Part shown: piece by piece, positions 9,482-20,281 of the stretch
Layout: each line of letters opens with the position of its first letter
How positions within the stretch are numbered: position 1 is the stretch's first letter
NCBI GenBank assembly: GCA_041640595.1
Contig: JBEPZY010000007.1
Coordinates: 21,611 to 85,610, forward strand
From: Gemmatales bacterium
GTDB taxonomy: Bacteria; Planctomycetota; Planctomycetia; Gemmatales; HRBIN36
Length of the DNA: 64,000 nucleotides
Reading direction: 5' to 3'
Translations under genes and position numbers: made by a program
The notes under the pieces: generated by a model
Seen by the model: the letters and a program-made list of their open reading frames with translations, nothing else
The model's database searches: none
What the model was told of the DNA's origin: nothing

Positions 9482-10963
9482 ATGACGACGCATGACACAG
9501 TCACCATCCGTCCGGTACTTCCCAGGGTTCGATTCTGGCTCCTTGCACAGTACGGAATGCCCGGCCTATTATGGCTGGCGTGGATCGTCGCGGTCTGGTT
9601 TATCTTTCCGGTTCCTGCCAGGGCCGGCGAGCGCTACAACGTGTTATTCATTGTTTCCGACGACCTGAACAACTCTCTGGGTTGTTATGGCCATTCCCTG
9701 GTGAAGTCCCCCAATATCGACCGGCTCGCACAGTCGGGAGTTATTTTCGACCGGGCCTATTGTCAGTTTCCGTTGTGCAATCCTTCACGGGCATCATTTC
9801 TGACTGGAATGCGGCCGGACACCACAGGTGTGCTCGACAACGCCGTTCATTTTCGGAAGAATCATCCCGATGTGGTTACGCTGCCACAGCTCTTCCGCAA
9901 GCATGGCTACTGGGTCGGGCGTGTCGGTAAGCTTTACCATTACGGTGTGCCCACCCAGATCGGCACCCGTGGCCTGGATGACAAGGAATCCTGGGATCAC
10001 GTGGTCAACCCTAAAGGCCGAGACATAGACAAGTCTGAGGAGAAGAAAATTTTCAGTCTGATTCCTGGACAATTTGGCGGCGTGTTGAGCTGGATGAAAG
10101 CGGAGGGTTCGGACGAGGAACAAACCGATGGCATTGGAGCACGGGAGGCTGTTCGCTTGCTCGAAAAACACCGCGATAAGCCATTTTTCCTGGCCGTTGG
10201 GTTCTATCGTCCGCACACGCCATACGTGGCCCCGAAAAAGTATTTTGACCTGTATCCGGTGGAAAAAATCGTCTTGCCAAATGTTCCGCCAAAGCATCGC
10301 GAGCAAGGTCCGGCAGCAGCGTTTGCCAGTGCCCGCCTTGAACAGGATAAAATGTCCGATGATCTCCGCAAGGAAGCGATTCAGGCGTATTATGCCGCCG
10401 TCAGTTTTATGGACGCGCAGGTTGGACACGTTGTGGATGCGCTGGACCGTTTAGGTCTGCGCGACCGCACCATCATTGTGTTTACCAGCGACCATGGTTA
10501 CCACCTGGGCGAACATGGGCTATGGCAGAAAATGAGCCTGTTTGAAAACTCCGCCCGGGTACCTTTGATCATTGTCGTGCCCGGTGGGAAAGGGAAAGGA
10601 CAACGCTGTCCGCGTACCGTGGAGCTTGTTGACCTTTACCCCACGCTGGCCGACCTGTGTGGCTTACCCTTGCCCGACCATCTTGAAGGCAGGAGTTTAC
10701 GGCCACTCCTGGACGATCCGAACGCTAAATGGGACAAGGCAGCCTACACCCAGGTCACGCGAGGCAAAGGCATGGGGCGTACCGTGCGCACCGAACGCTA
10801 CCGTTATACGGAATGGATCGAAGGTAAGGCCGGTGTTCAGCTATTCGATTACGAAAAAGACCCAGCTGAGTTGACCAATCTGGCCGGGCGACCAGAATAC
10901 GCCGAAGTCGAAAAAGAATTACGGGAACTTTTACGCCGACCGCCAGGTCGTCGGGGAAATTAA
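9482..10963 (+). CDS. Sulfatase (choline/iduronate-sulfatase-like)
   Basis: [17 protein letters not shown] formylglycine motif, GKLYH, RPHTP and [10 protein letters not shown]. Confidence 0.93.
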   Translation: MTTHDTVTIRPVLPRVRFWLLAQYGMPGLLWLAWIVAVWFIFPVPARAGERYNVLFIVSDDLNNSLGCYGHSLVKSPNIDRLAQSGVIFDRAYCQFPLCNPSRASFLTGMRPDTTGVLDNAVHFRKNHPDVVTLPQLFRKHGYWVGRVGKLYHYGVPTQIGTRGLDDKESWDHVVNPKGRDIDKSEEKKIFSLIPGQFGGVLSWMKAEGSDEEQTDGIGAREAVRLLEKHRDKPFFLAVGFYRPHTPYVAPKKYFDLYPVEKIVLPNVPPKHREQGPAAAFASARLEQDKMSDDLRKEAIQAYYAAVSFMDAQVGHVVDALDRLGLRDRTIIVFTSDHGYHLGEHGLWQKMSLFENSARVPLIIVVPGGKGKGQRCPRTVELVDLYPTLADLCGLPLPDHLEGRSLRPLLDDPNAKWDKAAYTQVTRGKGMGRTVRTERYRYTEWIEGKAGVQLFDYEKDPAELTNLAGRPEYAEVEKELRELLRRPPGRRGN

Positions 10964-11457
10964 GCAAGCGTTTCGCCAAGGATTTTCTGGGCTTGCTCGG
11001 CCCGGTATTCCTGAAGCTTTTGGCGTAATTCTGGGCGGCTTGTGGCGAGAATGGCAACCGCTAACAACGCGGCATTGGTCGCCCCTGCTTTCCCAATGGC
11101 CAGTGTGCCCACGGGAATGCCCGCCGGCATCTGCACCATGCTCAGTAGCGAATCGAGGCCACCCAGCGTTGCCGTAGGCATAGGAACTCCCAGAACGGGT
11201 AACACCGTGTGAGCGGCTACCACACCAGCCAGGTGAGCTGCGCCGCCGGCAGCGGCAATCCAGACTTGCACACCTCGCCGTTCTGCTTCCCGGATATATT
11301 GCACCAGGGCTTCCGGCGTGCGATGCGCGGAGAGCACACGGCACTCGTGGGGAATGCCGAAACGGCTCAGCGTGTCGGCAGCGGACTTCATCACATCCCA
11401 GTCCGATTTGCTTCCCATTACCACGCCGACCAGGATCTCTGAAGTAGCGGCTGTCAT
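10960..11457 (-). CDS. purE: N5-carboxyaminoimidazole ribonucleotide mutase
   Basis: [42 protein letters not shown]. Confidence 0.97.
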   Translation of the reverse strand: MTAATSEILVGVVMGSKSDWDVMKSAADTLSRFGIPHECRVLSAHRTPEALVQYIREAERRGVQVWIAAAGGAAHLAGVVAAHTVLPVLGVPMPTATLGGLDSLLSMVQMPAGIPVGTLAIGKAGATNAALLAVAILATSRPELRQKLQEYRAEQAQKILGETLA

Positions 11458-11651
11458 TGTCCCTCCGTTAATTTGTTGGTTAGGAGCTTCCGGTGGTTGC
11501 AGGCGGATTCAGTTTCAAGAGGCCTGTCGGTATTAAACCCGAACCACTCGATTTGCAGTTGAGCGAGCAAAAGCAATTCGCCTGGAAATGAGCTGTTGCA
11601 CTTTTCGGCCAAGATTTGGTGCAGGAAAACACAGCTTCGCCTCCAGCGGGC

Positions 11652-13046
11652 TTAGTTTTCGCTTTTGCCGGGGGCACCAAGCTCCGGTTCCAGTAAAGTG
11701 CGATTGTAGCGGAAGAAATTGTCCCAGCGGGCATCGAGCCGTTCACAAGCCGTTAGCAATGGTATTGCTCGCCACCGTCCCTGTTCATCTTGCTCAGCCA
11801 GGCCGTAACGTACCAGTTTAGCCAGGGCATCTTCGATCTCAAAATCCACTCGAAGTTGGGCTTCGCGTTCGAGGTATTGTTCTATGTGGTCGTCAAGAGC
11901 TTCGGCGGTCCATCCTTGTGGGCCGGCAAACCGCCACAGGAAAAACCAGCTCAGCAAAATTTCACGAAACTCCTGTTCCTCAGCTTCGTCTATGAGGTGG
12001 GTGATAGCACCGAGGTTATTGTCCAGGTTCTGGAAGAACAGGCACTGGGTAACAGTAAGCTGGTATTTTTGTCGCGTGCTGACGTAACCGAAGTAAGACC
12101 GCACCCCGTAACTGAGTGGTGCGCCAATAATTCCGAGCCAGGCCAGAATGCCGGCAGCGCCGCTGGCAATAGTGATTGCCGCTCCCATGACCAGTTTCCA
12201 CAAACAGGTGAGTATGCCCAGCAGCAAGGGCATACCAATCTTCAAACCGTCCAGAGGACGGATGCGGATTTCCGTGCCCGGAATCAGCATTTCCAGGTCG
12301 TCTTTGGGCACGTCTTTGAAGAGCTTGATGTAGAGACAGTTTTTGTCCACGAAAGGTGGCACTTGGGCATCGGCACGAAAACGCACAATTAAGACCAGTC
12401 GTTCGTAAACTGCTACATCCATTTCCTTTTCCGGAATCAGGCCGAACAAACGCGCTGGCCGTTTTTCTTTCTCGACGGTGTCCCCGCGAGCGTACAGTTC
12501 GAGAATTTCAAACAAATCGAAGTTTACCTCAAAATTCAGCCCCCAACGTCCGGGTCGTCGCATTGCCTCTTCCAACACGGCGCGGTCTAAACGCCTGAAG
12601 TTTCCTCGCTCCAGCAGGTAGCGCACCTGTTCCAGAAGTTTGCCAGGCGACGTCGCCTCGATCGAGGACTCGGCAGCGAACTCCCTTCTGGCTGGGCAAG
12701 ACGGCAAGGTTGCAGCATGACTTTCAGTTCTGGTTGTCCCTGGGGCCTGGCTGGAGGTTTGACTGGTGTCTATCGCAGCACTCGCCGACGAAGCGGGGGA
12801 CAGCCCTATTCCGGAGACCGGATACACAGCTACGGTGTCGGGATCGAAAGGGGCGTATAACTCTTTGACGGATTCCAGCCGCTCGTGGAACTCAAAATGC
12901 AGGATTGCCTCAATCAGCCGGCAAAGCTCCCGAAAATGAGTTAACTCGGCCGGATTTTCACTATCCAGGTGGCGAAGCAGTAACCGCACCAGTTCAGGTT
13001 TGCGTAACGGGATGGCGTGTTCGCGGTCAGAGTACCGGGCCATCAC
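11652..13046 (-). CDS. TMEM143/DUF3754-family membrane protein
   Basis: LYIKLFKDVPKDDLEMLIP, two TM segments, FFQNLDNNLGAITHLIDEAEEQEFREILL, VDFEIEDALAKL. Confidence 0.85.
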   Translation of the reverse strand: MMARYSDREHAIPLRKPELVRLLLRHLDSENPAELTHFRELCRLIEAILHFEFHERLESVKELYAPFDPDTVAVYPVSGIGLSPASSASAAIDTSQTSSQAPGTTRTESHAATLPSCPARREFAAESSIEATSPGKLLEQVRYLLERGNFRRLDRAVLEEAMRRPGRWGLNFEVNFDLFEILELYARGDTVEKEKRPARLFGLIPEKEMDVAVYERLVLIVRFRADAQVPPFVDKNCLYIKLFKDVPKDDLEMLIPGTEIRIRPLDGLKIGMPLLLGILTCLWKLVMGAAITIASGAAGILAWLGIIGAPLSYGVRSYFGYVSTRQKYQLTVTQCLFFQNLDNNLGAITHLIDEAEEQEFREILLSWFFLWRFAGPQGWTAEALDDHIEQYLEREAQLRVDFEIEDALAKLVRYGLAEQDEQGRWRAIPLLTACERLDARWDNFFRYNRTLLEPELGAPGKSEN

Positions 13047-13112
13047 CGGAGCTCCGTTACCGTCCCCGCTAGCCCGGCAGGCAATGGTTATGCAGGATGG
13101 TCGCTGCGATCA

Positions 13113-13988
13113 CTACCCGGACATATCGTCCGACCATTCCATTGCTTCCAGGCGCTGCGAAGGATCAGTTACCAGTTGTTCTACCAGTTCCTGTAACCGC
13201 TCGTGAACATCGCTCATGCTTTCTGGGCGCTGGTGGGGTTTGTAGGCTAAGCAGGCGTGGATCAGGTCGGCCAGCGGGCCAGGGCAGGCCGGATTAGCTT
13301 GCCGTACCGGTTGCAGCTGCCGCTCCCAGATGCCCTGCGGAATGACCTGCCCGGAATCATCCATCACCTTGGGAATGGTCTTCCAAGTGCACAGCCGATA
13401 CATGGTCGCCCCGAAATTGAAGATGTCGGTTTGTTCGTTGACCACCCGCTGCTTGACCTGTTCGGGAGCCATGTATTCCGGAGTACCCTGGATACGGTGT
13501 TTGGGACAATCTTTAGTCCAGGCAAGCCCGTAATCAATGATTTTCACCACGCCGCTGCGCGAGAGCATGATGTTGCCCGGCTTGAGATCGGCGTGGTAAA
13601 CGTCGCGACGATGCATGTGGGCTAGCCCTGAGGCGACTTGTTCGAAAACCTGCACCAGTTTGGGGAACGAAAGTATCCGCTGCTTATCCAGCGTCGAGCC
13701 AGGGACATATTCAATGAGCAGCCGCACCTCTTTTACGCCGAACAGCAACCAGCGTGGCACTTTTTCCAGGACGTAAATGCGAATGAGGTTCGGGTGGTGC
13801 AATTTCTGAGCAATGCGATATTCGTGTTCTGCCTGCTCCAGATATTTACGGTCTTCCGGGCCGGAAATAGGAACGATTTTCAATGCATACTGCTTGCTGT
13901 CAGCGGAGCGGCGAATGTGCAGAATCGTGCTGTTTGCTCCCTTGCCTAACGAGCCGAGCACCTGAAATTCTCCAATGCGCTCTGCCAT
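13113..13988 (-). CDS. Ser/Thr protein kinase (kinase domain only, non-RD)
   Basis: LGKGANS, YALK, HADLKPGN, DYG, GTPEYMAPEQ; AGGAGG before the ATG at 13988. Confidence 0.92.
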   Translation of the reverse strand: MAERIGEFQVLGSLGKGANSTILHIRRSADSKQYALKIVPISGPEDRKYLEQAEHEYRIAQKLHHPNLIRIYVLEKVPRWLLFGVKEVRLLIEYVPGSTLDKQRILSFPKLVQVFEQVASGLAHMHRRDVYHADLKPGNIMLSRSGVVKIIDYGLAWTKDCPKHRIQGTPEYMAPEQVKQRVVNEQTDIFNFGATMYRLCTWKTIPKVMDDSGQVIPQGIWERQLQPVRQANPACPGPLADLIHACLAYKPHQRPESMSDVHERLQELVEQLVTDPSQRLEAMEWSDDMSG

Positions 13989-14250
13989 AGCCGACCTCCT
14001 GTACTGAGAAAAGAGAAGACGAAAGCCCGTGCTATGGAATGACCTTGTATCACCTGTGACCGCATTGCCACAAACAAGAATTTTCCCCGGTGCAGCACAC
14101 CGGCGGCACTCCGGGGCTGTTTCTTTCAGCATAAAACAAAGAGTCGCTGGTTGCAATGGTTGTCGCTAATCCGTTGCGAGACCATGCCGTTTCCGGTATG
14201 CTAAAAGCGAGGTCATTTTCGGCAGCAATCACAAGAAGGGGGGTCAACTT

Positions 14251-15210
14251 ATGTCCGAGCAGGTGATTGGCTGTCCGGGTTGCGACAAGCGCCTGCGAAT
14301 TCGCAATGCCAGTCCAGGGCAGGAGATTGTCTGTCCGAACTGCGGCCAACATTTCCGGTTACGCGGCCGAGCGTCCGCTTCCGACATGGAAGATGAAGAG
14401 GAAGAATTCGACGGCGCGGAGGACAAACCACGTCGCAAAAAACGGCGGAAGTCATCGCAGAGCGCAGTCTTGCTCATCGTGGCTGGCACGGTTCTAGGTC
14501 TCGGAATTATCGCCCTGGTGGTGGCGTTCGTGGTGGCGCACGTTCTGGAAAATCGGCAGGGCGGTCAGGCACAAGGAGGGTTGATAGCACCGGGAAAAGC
14601 TGCACCTGTTGGCAAACCAAACGTTCCAGCTGTCGGGCCAGGCCAACCGGTCGCACGCTCGCCGGAGAACACCAGTCCGGCAAATTCAGCTTCGTCAGCT
14701 GGCTCATCTCCTGTCCAGTCGTCCGCCCCAAACCTTTCCAGCAATGCCAACCCCTCAGGCCAACCGGGTGCGACTCGTCATGAAGCTATCGTCGAGCGCA
14801 TCTGGCAGCTGGCCGACAGCATGTGGGAAGCCTTTATCGAGGCCAGAGGAAATTTTCCCGGCAGCAGCGTTGGAACCCTTTTGCCTCACCAAGCCGAGCA
14901 ATTCGCCAAACGCATGGAGCCGATCAATAAAGAGTTGCTATCGCTGATTAACGAGGCCAAGAATTTGCCTCAACCGGACGCAAAACTTCGCACAAAACTC
15001 TACAACCTCAACGACGCATTGTTTCGGAAGTTGCTTAGGCGGCACAATATCAGCATTTTCGGGCCTTTAGGACCAGGAGGCGATAAGTATCTCGTGCCAA
15101 CGCCGAACTATTCTGGGCCTACATTCGGCCCTGGAGTGAACCCTGCAGCGAGGGCCCTGCTTGAATTTGATAGAATTCTCAGCCTCGGACCTGATTGGAC
15201 GCCCAAGTAG
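14251..15210 (+). CDS. Zn-ribbon single-pass membrane protein
   Basis: CPGC...CPNC ribbon, acidic then basic (KPRRKKRRK) stretch, TM helix, P/S-rich linker. Confidence 0.75.
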   Translation: MSEQVIGCPGCDKRLRIRNASPGQEIVCPNCGQHFRLRGRASASDMEDEEEEFDGAEDKPRRKKRRKSSQSAVLLIVAGTVLGLGIIALVVAFVVAHVLENRQGGQAQGGLIAPGKAAPVGKPNVPAVGPGQPVARSPENTSPANSASSAGSSPVQSSAPNLSSNANPSGQPGATRHEAIVERIWQLADSMWEAFIEARGNFPGSSVGTLLPHQAEQFAKRMEPINKELLSLINEAKNLPQPDAKLRTKLYNLNDALFRKLLRRHNISIFGPLGPGGDKYLVPTPNYSGPTFGPGVNPAARALLEFDRILSLGPDWTPK

Positions 15211-15376
15211 TTCTCGCACGCTTCCGACCACGAAACGTCGGTTCACGGATATCCCTGCGGAGATACGTAACGGGCAGCCGAGGGATTACATTACTTTCGA
15301 GGTCGTCCTTCATTGGCCGGCTTACCCGCAAACCGCAGCACACCGTCCTTCAGCCAGGAGCTTTTAGGAGAGAGGA

Positions 15377-16933
15377 ATGAGCAGAACTCCTCAGCAGGCT
15401 TATGCGGAGTTGCTACGACGGGAAAAAGAGCGGGCACTTATCAACAGCAGTGCTGCGCTATTGGCCTGGGATGAGCGAACGTGCATGCCCAGAGGAGGTG
15501 CTAGCTATCGCGCCGAGCAACTGGCATATCTGGCGCGGCTGGCGCACGAGATGTTAACCGACCCGATTACTGGTGAGCTTCTTAGCCAAGCCAGTGAACT
15601 TCCAGCGGCACAGCAAGCGAACTCCGCCGAAGCAGCGGTTCTGCGGGAAATTCGCCGGCTCTATGAACGGGCCAAGAAACTGCCTCGCAGTCTGGTCGAA
15701 GAACTGGCACGGGCTACTACGTTGGGACAACAAGCGTGGGAACAGGCTCGTCGCAATAATGATTACGCCAGTTTTCGGCCACATTTGGAACGCATTATCC
15801 AGCTCAAACGCCAGGAAGCCGAAGCTGTCGGTTATGAGACTTGTCCCTACGATGCGTTGCTCGATGAATACGAGCCGGGCGAGACGAGCGAAAATCTCCG
15901 AAAACTGTTCGCGGGTTTACGGCAGGAACTGACGGAGATTATCGGCGAGGTGCAGGCCACTAACCGCACGCCGCGCCGACACATTCTTGAGCGCGATTAT
16001 CCCGTTCATCTGCAGGAAGTTCTTGCTCGAAGCGCAGCGGTGGCTATCGGTTTTGATTTCGAAGCGGGACGCCTGGATGTAACGGCTCATCCGTTCTGTA
16101 GCAGTGTTGGGCCGCGAGACGTTCGCATTACCACTCGCTACAATCCGCGACATTTTGCCCCTGCATTCTTCGGCGTATTGCACGAAGCCGGCCACGGTCT
16201 CTATGAACAGGGTCTGGAACCCGAGCACTTTGGCACGCCTCTGGGATCGCCCTGTTCGCTGGGCATTCATGAATCCCAGTCGCGGTTGTGGGAAAATCAG
16301 GTGGGTCGGTCGCGGCCTTTCTGGGAGCATTTCTTTCCGCGGGCGCAACAAATGTTCGTGGAGAGCTTGCGCGACGTAACACTCGACGAATTCGTATTCG
16401 CCATCAACGAAGTACGGCCATCCTTGATCCGTGTTGAAGCGGATGAAGCTACCTACAATCTGCATATCCTTATCCGCTTTGAACTGGAACAGGCCTTGCT
16501 CAGCGGCGATTTGCTCCCTGCGGACCTGCCAGGTGCGTGGAACGAGAAGTATCGGCAGTACCTTCGCCTGACTCCTCCGGATGATGCCCAGGGTTGTTTG
16601 CAGGACATTCACTGGAGTGCCGGCTTATTCGGGTATTTTCCCACCTATACGCTTGGCAATTTGTATGCCGCACAGTTCATGGAGAAAGCTCGCCAGGACC
16701 TTCCCAATTTGGAAGAGCAAATGCGGCGTGGTAAATTCCTCGACCTGCGCGACTGGCTCCGGGAGAACATCCACCGGCACGGACAGCGTTACCGTCCGGG
16801 TGAATTATGCCGCAAGGTCACTGGCCGAGGGCTTTCTCCGGATTCGTTCCTCACCTACCTTCGCAATAAATACGCCCAGCTTTACGGCATTAAGTCGCCG
16901 CAAACCAAACCGGCAGTGGCGAAAAAGAAGTAA
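15377..16933 (+). CDS. Carboxypeptidase Taq, peptidase M32
   Basis: HPF, HEAGH, HESQSR, IRVEADE, GCLQDIHW and GYFPTYTLG motifs. Confidence 0.95.
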   Translation: MSRTPQQAYAELLRREKERALINSSAALLAWDERTCMPRGGASYRAEQLAYLARLAHEMLTDPITGELLSQASELPAAQQANSAEAAVLREIRRLYERAKKLPRSLVEELARATTLGQQAWEQARRNNDYASFRPHLERIIQLKRQEAEAVGYETCPYDALLDEYEPGETSENLRKLFAGLRQELTEIIGEVQATNRTPRRHILERDYPVHLQEVLARSAAVAIGFDFEAGRLDVTAHPFCSSVGPRDVRITTRYNPRHFAPAFFGVLHEAGHGLYEQGLEPEHFGTPLGSPCSLGIHESQSRLWENQVGRSRPFWEHFFPRAQQMFVESLRDVTLDEFVFAINEVRPSLIRVEADEATYNLHILIRFELEQALLSGDLLPADLPGAWNEKYRQYLRLTPPDDAQGCLQDIHWSAGLFGYFPTYTLGNLYAAQFMEKARQDLPNLEEQMRRGKFLDLRDWLRENIHRHGQRYRPGELCRKVTGRGLSPDSFLTYLRNKYAQLYGIKSPQTKPAVAKKK

Positions 16934-17058
16934 CCAGCGCGAGCTTGCACTAAGATTCGGGGAAGGAAAGCAGCCCCTAGTCACCATAAATTGCCGGGCT
17001 GCTGCTAGTCATCCATCGCTTGCGTCAGCAGCGAAACATATAGCCGGGAGCGATTACC

Positions 17059-18747
17059 ATGCCGCAGGTACAGGCCGCAGACCTGATTATTCACCACGCC
17101 AATGTAGTTACCTTGGACGCCCAAAATCGCCGTGCTGAGGCCCTGGCGGTTCGTGGCGAAAAGATTATTGCTATCGGGGACGACGATGAAATTCTCAAAC
17201 TGGCCGGGCCTAAAACGCAGATTCTAGACGCTGATGGCCGCATGGTGCTGCCCGGGCTGATAGACAGTCATGTCCATCCCATAGACGCAGCAAGCAGCGA
17301 AATCCAGAGTGAGCTGCCCGTGCTTCGCTCACTGGAAGATGTGTTTCGTTTTATCCAGGGTGAAGCCCAACGCAAACCGGCCGGCGAATGGATTATTCTT
17401 CGTTTTGCGTTTCCTACCCGGCTCAAAGAAGGCCGATTTCCCACCCGTCAGGAACTGGATAAGGTTGCTCCCCACCATCCCGTGCTTTACCACGCCGGAC
17501 CCGCCAGTGTCGTAAACACTAAAGCCTTGCAGGTTTCGGGCATCACGCAAGATACACCCAACCCACCGAACGGTGTCATCGTCAAGGACCCGGCGACCGG
17601 CGAACCAACAGGCATGTTGCGGAACGCTACCTCCGTCCTGAAAGGCGTGCGTACTGGCGACAAGCCTGTAACTCAGCAACAGCGTCGAGAAGCCCTGAAA
17701 AAGCTTCTGCAACTTTACAACCAGCACGGGCTCACCAGTATTTGCGATCGTGCTGCCAGTCGCAGTGAACTGGACATGTATTACGATCTTTACAAGCGCG
17801 GAGAGCTGACCATTCGTGTCAACGTAGCACGTGAATTTTCTCCGCCGTCCTTACGTGAAGACTTGGTGCGACGGCTGGAAGACTTGCCAGGCGAAGACAA
17901 ACGCGGTGGGCCGACGGGTGTTGGCGATGCCTGGGTGCGCGTAGGGCCTATTAAGGTCTTTTTAGATGGTGGCATGCTCAACGGCACGGCCTATATGCGC
18001 CAGCCCTGGCCAAAAGGTCCGGCCTATCAGATACAGGAAGATGATTATCGAGGTCTGTTGTTCATTCGCCCGCAGGTTCTGGCTATGCTCGCGGAAGAAG
18101 CAGCACGCCGTGGCTGGCAACTCACCGCCCACACTGCCGGTGAGGCTGCTATGGACGTTTTGTTAGATGCTTATGAGTTAACGAATCGAGTCGTACCTAT
18201 TAAGTCTCTGCGTTTCTGCATCACCCATGCTAATTTCCCTTCGCAGTACAATCTCGAACGATGCCAGCGCCTCGGAGTGGTTGCCGATGTGCAACCAGCC
18301 TGGCTTTGGAAAGATGGTTCTACCTTGCTCCGCCTTCTAGGCAAGGAACGTATGCGTTGGTTTCAACCATATAGAAGCTGGCTTCGTTATACGGTCGTCG
18401 GAGGCGGATCGGATCACATGTTGAAGTTCGATCCCTTCCTTTCTACGAACCCCTGGAGTCCGTGGCTTGGTATCTATACTGCGGTGACGCGTTTCACGGA
18501 ATGGGGCGACACTTTATTTCCGGATGAACGATTGAGTCGTGAGGAGGCACTGAAACTTTACACCGTCAATAATGCCTATCTGACCCACGAAGAAAAAATC
18601 AAGGGGACATTGGAGGTTGGCAAATTGGCCGATTTCATCATAATTGATCGCGACCTGTTGACTTGCGATGCTCAACAAATTCCAACGACGAAAGTGCTCT
18701 ATACTTTCGTGGGTGGTCGAATGGTGTACAAAGGCGATTACGCTTAG
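17059..18747 (+). CDS. Amidohydrolase (YtcJ-like, amidohydro_3)
   Basis: PGLIDSHVH, IKVFLDGG, AHTAGE, THA, GGSD and GTLEVGKLADF. Confidence 0.9.
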   Translation: MPQVQAADLIIHHANVVTLDAQNRRAEALAVRGEKIIAIGDDDEILKLAGPKTQILDADGRMVLPGLIDSHVHPIDAASSEIQSELPVLRSLEDVFRFIQGEAQRKPAGEWIILRFAFPTRLKEGRFPTRQELDKVAPHHPVLYHAGPASVVNTKALQVSGITQDTPNPPNGVIVKDPATGEPTGMLRNATSVLKGVRTGDKPVTQQQRREALKKLLQLYNQHGLTSICDRAASRSELDMYYDLYKRGELTIRVNVAREFSPPSLREDLVRRLEDLPGEDKRGGPTGVGDAWVRVGPIKVFLDGGMLNGTAYMRQPWPKGPAYQIQEDDYRGLLFIRPQVLAMLAEEAARRGWQLTAHTAGEAAMDVLLDAYELTNRVVPIKSLRFCITHANFPSQYNLERCQRLGVVADVQPAWLWKDGSTLLRLLGKERMRWFQPYRSWLRYTVVGGGSDHMLKFDPFLSTNPWSPWLGIYTAVTRFTEWGDTLFPDERLSREEALKLYTVNNAYLTHEEKIKGTLEVGKLADFIIIDRDLLTCDAQQIPTTKVLYTFVGGRMVYKGDYA

Positions 18748-18768
18748 CAATCCAGTACGGGAGCGGTT

Positions 18769-20250
18769 ATGACTGCGATAATTCCTTTCGGTCTAATGCG
18801 GTTTTTAAGCTCCACCATTCGACGGTTTGCGAGGCCATCCTATTTAGTGACGCTTATCACGTGGTCTGTCCTGAACACACAAAGTTGGGCTCAACCGCAG
18901 GGGGCAGGCACTGACGCTCCACTGGACGTTATCTATTTGAAAAACGGCCACAGTTTCAAAGGGGTGATTTTGCAAGAAGAAGAGGATACAGTGCATTTTC
19001 GGCATATCGTTCGTTTGCCCGGTAAACCGACATTCATCCTGGATGTTGTTTTCTTTCGGAATGAAATCGCCACGATTGAGAGGACCAGTCCTGAGAATCG
19101 TTCAGCCTGGTTGAAAAAACTCGAAAAATTAGACCCGCGCGGTGAGAAAGACCAGGCCCGGCGTCGCCAACTAGCGTTGGAGAAGGAGGAGTCAAATGAC
19201 GGGAGGGTGTTATGGAAATACAAGGATAGGTGGTTTACCCTGATGGCGGATTTGTCGAACGAAGAACTGGTAAGGCGAGTCATTGTGCGTTTGAAAGATA
19301 TGTTCGAGGCAATGCATGAGTACCTTGGCACCCGGCGAACCAGTCCACGAACATTGGTCATACGCCTTTTCCGCAGTAAAGAACTATATCAGCTGGCGTT
19401 GAAGGAGCGTAATCTAAGCGTGGCTAATCCAGCGGTTTATCTGCCAGAGCGGTCCGAGATTTTAGTGTTAGCCGAATGGGAGCGTCTTGCGGAGGAATAC
19501 AACAAACTGCGTGTCAAGCACGAAACGCAGTTGCGAGACCTCGAACGTTATGAGAAGCAAATCCGCCAGCATTATCATGGTCAGCCTCCTCGTGCGATCC
19601 TGGAAAAAATCAACCTCCTCCGCTCGCAGTTACTGCGTTTCGATAGGGAAAACGAAGCGATCTTAGATCGACAGGTGCAACCGCTTCTGCAACTTTGTTA
19701 CCACGAGGCATTTCACGCTTATTTGGACCTTTATCTTTTTGCGGGTGAGGCAAAATCAGTTCCTCGCTGGCTTAACGAGGGACTGGCTCAGATATTCGAA
19801 ACTGCTATCGTGGAGACTGGTGAAATTCGCATTGGCCATGTGGACACAGAAAGACTTAAGCAGGTGCAGCAACTGTTGCGCAAAAAAGAGTTTCCAACGC
19901 TAGCGGAGTTGTTGCAAAGCGAGTCAAGGCACTTTCTAGCTAATCATCGCTTTGAGGACTATATTTCCAATCGCTATTTTGTCGCTTCCTGGGCCCTGAC
20001 TTATTTTCTCCTATTCGGAGTGCACGTTGAAGAGAGCGAAGTCGGAAACGCTTCTACACCGCAACGGATCATTCAACTGTTAGAGAAAACGGCAGCAGAT
20101 GGTGATCAGGCAAGAGTGCTGGAAATCTGGACAGGCAGACCTTTGCCAGAGCTGGAAAAAGAATACCGAGAATTTTTCTCTCGTCTGCGACCGGATGGTA
20201 CGCTCAAACCTGTATCTGCTTCCCTCGATGACAAAGCCAGGAAAGAATAA
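18769..20250 (+). CDS. DUF1570-like secreted zincin-motif protein
   Basis: Signal peptide, DVIYLKNG, YHEAFHAY...PRWLNEGLA and SWALTYFLL. Confidence 0.75.
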   Translation: MTAIIPFGLMRFLSSTIRRFARPSYLVTLITWSVLNTQSWAQPQGAGTDAPLDVIYLKNGHSFKGVILQEEEDTVHFRHIVRLPGKPTFILDVVFFRNEIATIERTSPENRSAWLKKLEKLDPRGEKDQARRRQLALEKEESNDGRVLWKYKDRWFTLMADLSNEELVRRVIVRLKDMFEAMHEYLGTRRTSPRTLVIRLFRSKELYQLALKERNLSVANPAVYLPERSEILVLAEWERLAEEYNKLRVKHETQLRDLERYEKQIRQHYHGQPPRAILEKINLLRSQLLRFDRENEAILDRQVQPLLQLCYHEAFHAYLDLYLFAGEAKSVPRWLNEGLAQIFETAIVETGEIRIGHVDTERLKQVQQLLRKKEFPTLAELLQSESRHFLANHRFEDYISNRYFVASWALTYFLLFGVHVEESEVGNASTPQRIIQLLEKTAADGDQARVLEIWTGRPLPELEKEYREFFSRLRPDGTLKPVSASLDDKARKE

Positions 20251-20281
20251 TTGCCCGCAAGGACGGACACAAACAAGGCCG

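Noticed and set aside
11458..11651. Possible purine-related riboswitch (ZTP or PRPP class) upstream of purE
   Set aside because: An AACCACCGGAAGC word is present, but the other conserved elements (GACUGGCG, 3' CGCCUGG) were not found.
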